The notes below the pieces were generated by a model, which did no database searches, was not told the DNA's origin, and saw only the letters and a program-made list of their open reading frames with translations. The translations under genes and the position numbers were made by a program. Below are positions 42,554 through 53,200 of a DNA stretch of 64,000 bases, piece by piece. The first letter of the stretch is position 1; each line of letters starts with the position of its first letter. The DNA is from Lingula anatina (taxonomy: Eukaryota; Animalia; Brachiopoda): contig CM120642.1 of assembly GCA_051362555.1 (NCBI GenBank), positions 13,516,001 through 13,580,000 on the forward strand, read 5' to 3'.

Positions 42554-43467
42554 CAAGGAGTTATAACTCCTTGATTTGAGAAACTGTAAAGATATGAGTT
42601 TATTTCCATTTTTGAAACTTTATTACAAAATACACAATAACAGGTTTACCATCATTTTTATATAATCAACTAACAATATTGTTAAGATGCAGAAAAAGTC
42701 AAAAGAACACCTTTACATATCTAATTAGTTAAAAAATGAGACTGTTAACATGCCTAAGAATTAAATCTGAGGAAAAAACACTTATATACAAAAACAAGGC
42801 ATAACTTCAACAAAACTTAACCAATCAAGCTTATTTTTGAACTAAATCTGTATTTCAGTAAGACTGATCATTGGTGGTGCATATATGCAGAAAAAAGTTT
42901 TAAAAAAACGAATAACTTTTATATAAATGGCCTGATCATGCCAATATTCTAACTTGACCTGTGTACTATGAATATTCATCAGCTCTGTGTTTCAATCCAA
43001 ATGTAAAATTTTTTTTTCACATATCGTGTTGTCGGTGTTGCATATATGCTGGAAAAAAGTGAAAAAAAAAAAAAACAGCATAACTTTTATAAAAATGACC
43101 CGATCATGCCGATTTTCGAACTTTCGAACTCATAAGTTCTGTAAGATTCAAGCTAAAAGGTAAAGCATTTTTTCACTTATCGTGTTATTGGTGTTGTATA
43201 TATGCTGAAAAAAGTGGGGGAAAAAACAGCCTTACTTCCATAAAAACGGCCTGATCATGCTGATTTTCAAATCTGACCTGCGTATTATGAATATTCATCA
43301 GTTCTGTAAGTTTCAAGCCAAAAGGTAAAAAGGTTTTAGACTTATCGTGTTATCGGTGAAAGTGCATGGCAACGACAGGGACGACGGAGACGACAGACGC
43401 AAGTGAAGGCTATATGTACAGACACATCTCCAGTATATGTACAGACACATGTGTCTGTACATAAAAA
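42554..43467. mobile_element. Helentron/HINE-like non-autonomous element with internal ~155-165 bp degenerate tandem repeats and a terminal palindrome
   Basis: The motif (tatcgtgtt)..ggtg..gcatatatgc.gaaaaaagt...ataact recurs at ~42870, ~43022, ~43177 and ~43342. A GAC(G/A)-rich tract lies at 43372-43400. A perfect 28-bp palindrome (tatgtacagacacatgtgtctgtacata) is at 43436-43463 and a 20-bp palindrome (caaggagttataactccttg) at 42554-42573. The left boundary is uncertain and the family call is from architecture only. Confidence 0.5.
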
Positions 43468-43793
43468 CAATACTCAAAAGGGAAAAACACTCACTCACAC
43501 TTGAGAGAAAATGCACATCAGCCTTAGAAGAGAAACACGACAACCAAACAAGCGTGACCTAAATAGGGCATATGAAGGTTTTGGTTCTAGCCTCAAAGGG
43601 CATTCAACTTTCAATAACGACCTAGAAATATGGGCATAAGAGGAATATGACAGGAATGAAAAGAGAGTATGATAGTGGCACTAACCCATCTCCAGTAGCT
43701 TGGATTTCAGTCTATTCAATTTTCCTGTGTCGGTTATTTGACGTCCGGACTAAGAGCTTAGTGTTATTTGTACATCTACATTTCCCAGAGCGA

Positions 43794-43871
43794 CGAGTCC
43801 GTAGCGGGTTGAAGAGTCGCGAGTTCGTAGCGGGTTGAAGAGTCGCGAGTCCGTAGCGGGTTCAAGAGTCG
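43794..43871. repeat. Minisatellite, 3 x 26 bp (cgagtccgtagcgggttgaagagtcg), CpG-rich
   Basis: Three adjacent copies read directly, each with at most one substitution. Confidence 0.95.
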
Positions 43872-44307
43872 AATTCACAGAAGCACACTGGAGAAAGACG
43901 AAACATTCGGTGTTTTGTGCAAGTAAACAAACTATCCATCCCGCTGCCATGTGTGATGTAAGGCGATTACAGGTTCACAATTGCCCGCTCTTAGACTTCC
44001 AATCTTAGACTGTCGGCTGGGGGCGTTGCTGTCGTCACCATGTTGTCAGTTTGAACGCGGGGGTGTCGTGTGAGAGTGAGACCCAAATTTCATTGTTATA
44101 TTGTTTCTACACCTACGTTTGAAATACATTCAGCGTTTTCATACCTTAATTTTTTTGTTTAAGAAGAAAAAAATATGCATTTACTTCGGAGGACAGAATC
44201 AATGTAATAATAGTTTATGGGGCAAAGCCTCGCATGCCTCTCCCCCAATTATGATATGCAGTGTCCTTGCATCTTGTTGACGTGATAACAACCTGAAGTT
44301 TACTCAC

Positions 44308-44400
44308 CTGCCCCAGGCCATCATTGGACGACCTTGTCCGCGTACACTGGAACACTGAGCCACAATATACACCGATCCACATTGCACTTTGAAGAAACGT
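44308..44400 (-). other. Candidate upstream (first) exon of the transcript entering the array; 5' end unknown
   Basis: Perfect donor CAG|GTGAGT on the minus strand (plus-strand tactcacctg, 44301-44310), preceded by ATG ATG GCC TGG GGC AG. It has the same orientation as the array's splice signals and lies next to a CpG-rich patch. No transcript evidence. Confidence 0.35.
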
Positions 44401-44690
44401 TCATTTCATTTCATTTCTTGATTCACAAATGATGATAATAAAGATAAAGTGATAATACATTTTTGCTATAAACATTTATGTGGAGTTGTCCAGTTTTTTT
44501 GGTAGCTTTAATTTTGCAAGGAGAAAGGATAACGAAAGGATAATGTACTTGGTGTGATTGAATGTTTCAGTAATTTTAACATTTGCTTAAATATTTTAAC
44601 TACTCCATATATTTGCTTGAAAGATGGTGTGCAGGGCTCCGTAGTTCCCCTGTTTTAGTACTGGCGTGGTTGAAAAAAGTTTCCGTGTGT

Positions 44691-44722
<32 letters not shown>

Positions 44723-44783
44723 TTAGGGGGCTAACCTCCCTCGGCTCCTGTGATCTTTTATGTTGTTTAATTATCAAAATAAA

Positions 44784-44932
44784 TAGGCCTGTAGCCGAGA
44801 GGGGTGTCGAACCCCAGAAGAAGGTCGTCCGCTAAGGGCACTATATGACCTACACGGGGATTTCATGGTAAAAGGACCTCTTTTTTTTAGGAAATGACAC
44901 CCCTTCCTTTGAAATGGCTGGCTACGGGACTT
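44784..44932. mobile_element. Degenerate copy of the CAGGCCCGTAG-TIR MITE family
   Basis: Ends are aggcctgtagcc...ggctacggga. Internal atggtaaaaggacc and tttgaaatggctggctacggg resemble the copy at 48008-48176. Confidence 0.6.
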
Positions 44933-45120
44933 ATAGTCAACATTTTTCTCTTCTTTCAATTTCTTCACTGATTAGTTGGATATATAGGCCTAGATAAAAC
45001 GTCGCATTTTGGCAATCTACATCTCCTACAACTACCTGAATGGTCTTTTATTAAAAAGATTAACAAGAAGCATACAAGCATATAATGAAGAGGACATTGA
45101 GTCTCCAATAACAAAAAAAA

Positions 45121-45595
45121 AACTAGAAAAGCACTCCGAGAGCGCAGACCTCCGCCAAGGCAGCAATTTATTATTATTATTGATTATTAATTGATTATTG
45201 ATCCAGATCACCACCAAAAACTAATCATCTGTTCCTTGGACCACTTCTGACAGTTCCCGAAAATTTCATCAAAATCGGTCCATGGCCGTAGCCTCTGGGG
45301 GGGCAGGGGGGGCAGCTGCCCCCCCCCCCCCCCCCCCGGGATTTGAGGTGCAAAAAAAAATAATTGCAAAGTTGACTGTACTTATGGCAAAATGAACCCA
45401 CAATTGAGCGATAAATAACAGTTAAAATGCACCAGAATGCAGTATTATACATACAGTTTTTAAAAATTTTCCACACCGTGGGAGGGGGACAACCCCTCCC
45501 ACACCCTCCCCCCTCGGGGGCTTCGCCCCCTCGTGTCCGCTTATTGCCCCCCCTGGCATTTTGCTCAGGCTACGGCCCTGCAGACAAACAAACAA
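45121..45595 (+). mobile_element. Helentron-associated (HINE/DINE-like) element fragment interrupted by a MITE
   Basis: Starts aactagaaaagcactccgagagcgcagacctccgccaagg, continues gatccagatcaccaccaaaa...aaatttcatcaaaatcggtc, and resumes with a cagacaaacaaaca tetranucleotide tract after the insert. The motifs resemble widespread aquatic-animal non-autonomous elements (recognised from memory, not searched). Confidence 0.5.
45281..45580. mobile_element. 300-bp GC-rich TIR element (MITE)
   Basis: TIRs catggccgtagcct / aggctacggccctg match at 13 of 14 positions. No matching TSD (cggtc vs cagac). Confidence 0.75.
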
Positions 45596-47147
45596 TCAAT
45601 TAAACAGGGGAAGGGGATGGTCAATTTCTCATCCGCGAACCCCCTTTCAAATTATCCTGGATCCGCCCATGTACATGTTGTTTCGGTGACACTGAAAATC
45701 AGGCAATGATCAAAAGAAGTAAATGAATGGCCTAAGCCCTAATTGGTTTTTTAAAATCATTTTCTTTTCAAACAATAAGAACTGAAGTCGATTAATCAAG
45801 TTGAAACGGCCACTCTTAGAAAAATTAATTTGAAAAAAAGTAATAATAGTTGATTTGGTCGGGAGGTTATTCAACTTTGTCTTTTTCTCCAGTTAGATGC
45901 ACTGTCTTTGGTTGTTGCCTTTCTTGAACCTAAAAAATTCACGAAACAAAAACATGGGCTAGCAGGGCATGTTCTGGGACCCCATGTTCTGGGTCCGTAA
46001 ACAAGTACACATTTGATAAATATTGTGCAATGAATAATACAGAACTTACACATTAAACTGCGTTATATCCCACATTAATTTTAAAAATCAAGTTAAAAAG
46101 CGCGTGTGCCTAACTTTATGATTAAAATCCCGTATGGTGTATCTTTAGAAGATCCCCGCCCTCTCTCCGGACTTGCAGGGTTCTCCTGACTTCAACGCCA
46201 CCTATCTACAGGTTCCTGCATTAGAACCACTGTGTAGCTGGAATAGCAGAAGCACTTGAATGTCTGTATGGACATCATATACTGTATGTATTTGGTTTTC
46301 CTAATTAATAAGAGTCGAATTAAATGCATTTTCACGTTAAAGGTAAATGTGCGTTAATGGACAACCAACAGTTTGCAACTAGACTTATTTAAATAATTTC
46401 AGATTTGCTATAGCATCACTTTCATTTTGAAGTTAGAGTACTCCTCACAAATAGGTATATCAGAAAAATTTTCAAACTGATCAGAAAATTAAAATACTTA
46501 TATCATCTGAAAGGTAATGCAAAAACCGGATGAAATCATTTGGAATTTTTTAAATATTCCTACAAGCAACAAAGATATTGAAGTTTTTTAACTGCAAAAA
46601 TCCACCAAAAGTGTCCACACTTCTCAGCTCAAAACCTGTGCCCACTGACCAGCAGTGATCACTCAGGCGCAGCAGAGCACCGTGTGTCTTTGTGTGCTCA
46701 GCCTATTGTCTGGCTCACATAGCCTGTGACTAATCAGGGCAGAGCTATTTCCCTGTGGTAATTTTCACATCATGTAATATTGCGGATTAAATTAACTATA
46801 CTTCGCAACCTTCAAATTTCATGATTTTTCTACATAATATAGCAAATTTCATAAACTTTGCTGGATATAAATTTCAAAAAGATGATACCAGCACTTACCT
46901 GAAATTTTTTAGCATTTTGTAGAGGCAAAACTTAAAACAAGCAGAACCGAAACTTGTCAAAGACTGCAACATGGGAAAATCATGTGACCGGATTTTACTC
47001 TTTGATTTACAACTTATTTAGTTAATGGCTTGTATTAGTTTTTTTACGCAGCGCTAAAAGAGAGATTTAAAAAAGGGGTTCCATAGGCGAACTGTCAGCA
47101 GGCCGACTTCAGTTTAACACTTCACTGCCCGTGGACAGTTACGACTG

Positions 47148-47162
47148 TAGCGCCCCTAGCGG
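47148..47162 (-). promoter_or_regulatory. CTCF-like motif just upstream of the SKIV2L start codon
   Basis: Minus strand reads CCGCTAGGGGCGCTA, one G short of the canonical CCGCTAGGGGGCGC core; ~40 bp before the ATG. Confidence 0.25.
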
Positions 47163-47200
47163 ATTGTGATCTACCTATCACAAAGTTGCTCTAACTCTGC

Positions 47201-50200
47201 ATGTCCGCAATGGCTGGGCAGGTTGTGGACGGCATTGATATCGACGGCCTTTCCATTCTGTCTGTGGGCACCTGCAATAATTTTGATGTCATTGAGAGGA
47301 GGAAGTCATCCGACACCTCATTACCTCTGGAAACGGTAACTTCTTTTTATTTATGCATGTATGTACTGTACCCCATTTTATTCAAGTTTAACAAGTTTTA
47401 GCTAGTATCGAATTTATTTTTAATGTTATTTATGAATGATGCCTTTGCAACAAATCAACAACTGCACAATAATCAGCTCATCCAATCGACTGAAAATAGA
47501 GTAAACTTGAGGATCATGATCGTCGATGCCTGCTCCAGGCCTGACACTTCAGGCCCGTAGCCAGCAATTTCAAAAGGGGGATTCTTTTTCTGAAAAATTG
47601 GACCTTTTACCATGAAACCTTCATTTGCCTAGATAAAATTTTGTCCAGAGGGGACCTTTTCCCAGCAAAAGGGGGGTTCTTTCAAACCCCCCGAACCCCC
47701 CTGCCTACGGGCCTGCACTTGATGCTGAATGATGAATTTAAGGTGACTGCACAAGGGAATTTTGTCCTCTTGAAACTATTATCTTAAATGAATGATTATC
47801 CATTAGCCCTTATATTGAAGTATGTTTTTATTTTAATTTAGTTTTAATTATTGTTATTATAACTTTTGCAAGCTGAAATCACATGATGAAATACTCAAAG
47901 ATCTAAAGGAATGTAAACAAAAGTGTTGCTGTATGACCATACCAGTACATGCATCTTGTATCCTTTTTGGTAATGAAATAATTAATACCTTGGCCAAATA
48001 GGATATCCAGGCCCGTAGCCAGGGGGGGTTCAGGGGGTTCGAAAGAACCGCCCTTTTTGCTGGAAAAAGGTCCACTTTGGATAGAATTTGATCTAGGTAC
48101 ATGAAGGTTTAATGGTAAAAGGTCCACTTTTTCAAAAAAAAGAACCCCCCATTTGAAATTGCTGACTACGGGCCTGATATCTTTAACACCCCTCATACAT
48201 CTTCAATTGATTTTTTCAGCTGCCTTTGGGGTTACCTCCGGTATTACCCACATTGAAAGCTGACCTGGAAGAGTATCTGTCACATCCAGAGAAGCTACCT
48301 GTGTATGACATTGAACGTACTCAAAGGTAATATTCAAACTGTCTTGAAATGCAAGCTGCCATCAAAGAACAAAAACAGAGGTAAAATTCTACTGATTGCA
48401 TTAGGAAAAGCTTCAATGTGGGTTGATTTAGCAGACAACTTTTAGGGTGCATTTCCAATGAAACTATTGTTCTATGTAGATGGATCCAACTCTGCCAAGA
48501 CTCTCACTGAATGTAATCAGATTAACAGATTAACACACTTCCTATTGGTTCAACATTCTCTTATTTTGTCCAGTTTTTGTTTTCTGCTCAATATCAAGGG
48601 GAGATGAGTTAATCTGTTTGCATTCAGCGTTCGATCAATCTACGTAGAACAATAGTATAATAATACAGAATGAGAACTTAATTACTTGCCTTTTGGTTAT
48701 TCAATCATTGATAGATTTTTTTATGCTGATATTACATATTAGATAAATTAGATTATTTACATTTATTCTGTTTATGATTGGAAAGTCCATTGTTTGTTTT
48801 AGGTTTTTCAGCAGTAAGGGCTGTCCAGACAACTTATACCTTGCAGAGCCCACTCCTGTCCAGACCACTATCAGGGTGGACAGAGATATGACCACTGGTC
48901 AGTTGCTTGGATATAAAGAGGTTAGAGTCCTTTCTGATTGAAAGAGTATTCTTATTCCTTTGCCATCATATTAATGTAAAGATTATTGCAAAAAAGAGAA
49001 AAAATATGTGTAAATGCTATAAGCTGAAGTGTGATTTTTGACATTAAATTGAAGCTTAGGTGCAACTAGAGATTATAACACATTAAGCATAATATTTTGT
49101 TCCTTTGAATCCTTGTTAAGTTCAGGTTATACTATCATTTCTCTTTCACTTTACATGAAACAGGGGTAGTTTTAACTTGTCATCAAATTGCTGAGAAAGT
49201 ATTACTCTAACTGTGCCTTCTTTGAGCTGTAAAATTAATACATGTATATGCTATTGTGATGTTTTAACAGGAGTTTCTGGATGATACTGGAAGTTCAGCC
49301 AAAAACTCGACCTCACTATCTCGTCCCCCAGGTCCACCCTCTGAAGGGATCAAGGGAAATTCCACCAATTATCCTTTCTGGCCAGGTGCATGACTTAGTT
49401 TGTGTTATGAACGTTGAGATGTCATTAAGCCTTACTTTTGTGATTTTAGATAATTGTTATTATAATTACGTTGTGAATAGTGTTGTTTGGGATAAAGAAT
49501 GTGCAATATTTTCCTCACTGCTTCTAACTCTCAGTAAAATATATTTTTGAAATGAGTTGATCTGAATTAGATCTGAATTAGGGCATTTTATTTTGAGCCA
49601 ATGTGGAGTTGCATTTGTTGTAAATGAATTATTTATAATGAGATTTTTTGTTTGCAGGAGGACTTGAGGAACCTGTTTTTACAGACTTAGCGGCTGACAA
49701 CCTAACCCAAATAGATTTTGAAACTGGTGAGTAAATATGGTTGCTGCCCTACGATTGAACTTCAAACTTTTATTATTTTTTTTGTGTAATATACATCTTG
49801 TAGGTGTTTCTTTGTGAATTTTGATTTTGACTTTGGTATTAGAGTTTTGAAAAATTTACTTATATTTTATTTTCAAGTCGGAGTGTCCATATCATATTTG
49901 ATATTGGTCAATCAAATGTTAAGCATATTTTTCAGACCTCCTGTCTTGCCCCCCTGGCTTTGATCATGGCATAGTGTTTGAGTGTAAAAGTCGCACTGAA
50001 AACCCTGAGGGGACACTGCAAAAAGAAGCAAGTCAGACCCCCAATCTCCTGAAACTGAGCGACATTTTAGAAGCGGATGATCTGGACTTCAGTGTAGGGG
50101 AAGAGGAGGAGGAGGAAGATAAGGAAAAAGAAGGAGCAGACAAAGACAAAGTGAATACCCCTATTATTAATGGCATATTTGTCTTAATTCTTATTTAATG

Positions 50201-53200
50201 TATTGAACCCATTCATCAGTAATATTAAATGAATAAGCTAGTATACAAAAGATGAATTTTGTTGCATAGTTCATCAAAAAAATCCTAGCGAAAGAAAGAG
50301 CTAGTTCAGAGGTACCCCAGTATTGTACTCCCTCTCATACATGTATGTTTCATATGATGATTGTCCTATTTTCAAAAGAATTCTAAAAATATAAATATTT
50401 ATAAAAGTTAATTGAAGACATTCTCTTTTATTAGATTATCTAACTATTTAGCATATGGCAATTTTAACATGCAAGGGTTAAACTACTTCCTTAACCTACA
50501 TGTAGCTGTTAATCAAATGCATTGCTTTCTCCTGACATCCTGTATTTTTAGTTTTCATACAATGTCACGTGATACATAACTTATGCAAATTAGTTTCAGA
50601 ATTCTGCTGATATACAGGATCTTCCAAGAAGTGAAAGCTTTGAGAATCTAGTCACAAATACAGACTCTGACCTAGGGGATGTGGTAACAAGGCAGCAGGA
50701 AGAGCCACTGGAAAACTGGGCTATTCCAATAGATCTCACTGACCCTGTCAGTGACTTTCATAAGAGAATTCCTGAGATGGCATGCACAGTAAGCCTTCAT
50801 ATTGTTTGAAGTATTCCTCCAGAATTTTTCAGAAAGTCATGTGAAAATACTTGTTTGGATATCATTCCAGGCATTATTTTATCAAAGTACTTCACATATT
50901 TAATCCTTGATCTTACATAAAACTTAAACTACATGTAGAATACAAGACCATATTACAAATATATACTAGAAGTGAAAGTTTTGCTATCCAAGTGAAAAAA
51001 TATTTAAGTGACGTTTATGCTTGCAAGATACACATACACTGTAACTGCAAAAGATGACAGTGTGACATTAGTATCTTTCATTCCCTGGAAACATTCTGTG
51101 ACTGAATTAGCCTTTTTCTTTTTTTATTCAGTGGCCATTTGAACCAGACATATTTCAGAAACAAGCTATTCTACGTTTGGAGCAAGGCGAGAGTGTGTTT
51201 GTTGCTGCTCACACGTCTGCTGGTAAAACAGTAGTTGCTGAGTATGCCATTGCTCTTTCTATGAAACACATGACCAGGTAAAATACATGTAGATTGATAT
51301 TTGTCTCGATTCCTGTATTGTATTACTCTAAAGGCAGCCTGTATCTACAAGATATTAGCAGAGTTAACCATGCTTTTATTATCTTGTCATACTCGGTCCT
51401 ATATTTTATTTCACTACATAAGTGATAGGCAAATTAATGAAATGAGAAGTGTTGGCCATAAGTTAAAGTAAAGCTCACTGAAAAGTTTGTTTACTATATG
51501 TATTATGATCAGCTACAAATTTTATCTGTTTATTAAATGTCCTTTGTGTTTCCAGGACCATATACACTTCTCCCATCAAAGCCTTATCCAATCAAAAATT
51601 CCGTGACTTCAAGCAGAGGTTCTCTAATGAAGGGGATGTAGGCTTGGTTACAGGAGATGTCCAGATTCACCCCGAGGCTTCTTGCTTGATTATGACCACA
51701 GAGATTTTACGGTATGTGTAGAAGTTATGATTCTCCCTAAAATTATGAGATGTTACAATTCAAAATATTTGTTGAATTGTGCCAGTTTATGTATTTATTT
51801 CCATTTTACCAAATTGAGATAATGAAAGCTTTAGATATAATGGTAATTAATAATGAAATAGATTAAAGATGTTAATTGTTATGAGTATCTTGATTTTTAT
51901 CTTTTGTTTTGTTTTGGGGAATAAAAAGAATAAGTTACAATTTTTTAATATTTCCAGATCTATGCTGTACAATGGCTCGGATGTAGTCAGAGATTTAGAG
52001 TGGGTGATATTTGATGAAGTGCATTATATCAATGACCCAGAGGTATGATATGGCAATAAGCCCACATGTTTGCACAGAGCTAAGAGCTGAGTTTTGAATA
52101 TGACACCCGAGTATTCAAACAAGATATAGCTTGTGACTATTCACTGTAAACATTTCAAAGGCTTTTAGATTAAAAGACACTATTGATTAGAATAAGATTT
52201 TCTGATTTTTCCCTTTCTGTTACAGTTCAGGAAAGCATCTGAATACTATCAGTAATGTTCTCAACTTAATGATTGAGAAGTATTTGATGAATTTTTAATT
52301 GTTACAGCGTGGAGTGGTCTGGGAGGAAGTGCTAATTATGCTACCACACCATGTTAATATTATACTGCTCAGTGCCACTGTGCCAAATACCCGGGAGTTT
52401 GCTGGATGGGTGGGGTGAGTCATTGTGTTCTGTCTCACCTAACACACTGTGTTGCAATTTAGAGGGGCAACTGTCACATCAAAAAAAAAAAAATCTGTCA
52501 AATCTTGTATTTGTTTCATGCTGGGCTGCCTGAAAGACAGCACCACATTAGAAATTAATTTGGCAGATTTTGGGTGTGAGTTTTATTGAATGTAGTCAGC
52601 ACATTTTGTAAATGGTAAATTGGACATTCAGCATGGGTAAATTTCAGCAAAATACTAAAGATAGTTCATATTTTTAACTGTTCACAAATCACAATCAAGT
52701 AGAAATAGTAAGAACAAAATACATGGCTTAAATATTCATCCAACTGGTATGCATTCTGTACATGATTACTTACCTTTCAACAATTAATTTTGTGTATAAT
52801 GTAGGAGAACCAAGAAAAAGAAGATGTATGTTATCAGTACACCTAAAAGACCAGTTCCATTGGAACATTTCCTCTTCACTGGTAACAGCAACAAGACCAG
52901 TCACGAACTCTTCCTGCTCCAGGATGCTAAAGGAAACTTCCTTACTAAAGGGTGAGTAACATTTTCAAGAGCAGCCTTTGAGTTTATTGTTTTCAAAAAG
53001 TTTCCCTTGCCTTTGTTTCCTTCTGTCTTTTTAAAAGTGATTGTATTGCTGGTACCTATGACACCTTATGGTGACTTCAATATTATAGTGGAACATACAG
53101 TAGACAATTAAAGCAGCTTACCTTTCTGCCTAATTGAAATTTCTGCATTATGATGTAAATGCACAGGTTTAATTGTGTCACATGTCAGAGAATTTGTTAC

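Noticed and set aside
46430-47005. Possible old non-autonomous DNA transposon
   Set aside because: Only short, weak inverted matches (agagta/tactct; tatcatct/agatgata) and no TSD, so boundaries cannot be supported.
43313-47100. NELFE or another protein-coding gene head-to-head with SKIV2L; short ORFs in this interval
   Set aside because: No recognisable protein motifs or RD repeats; the ORFs overlap MITEs and low-complexity sequence.
42453-47201. Functional coupling between the repeat RNA and the neighbouring Ski2 RNA-decay helicase
   Set aside because: Only proximity supports it; eukaryotic adjacency alone is not evidence of shared function.
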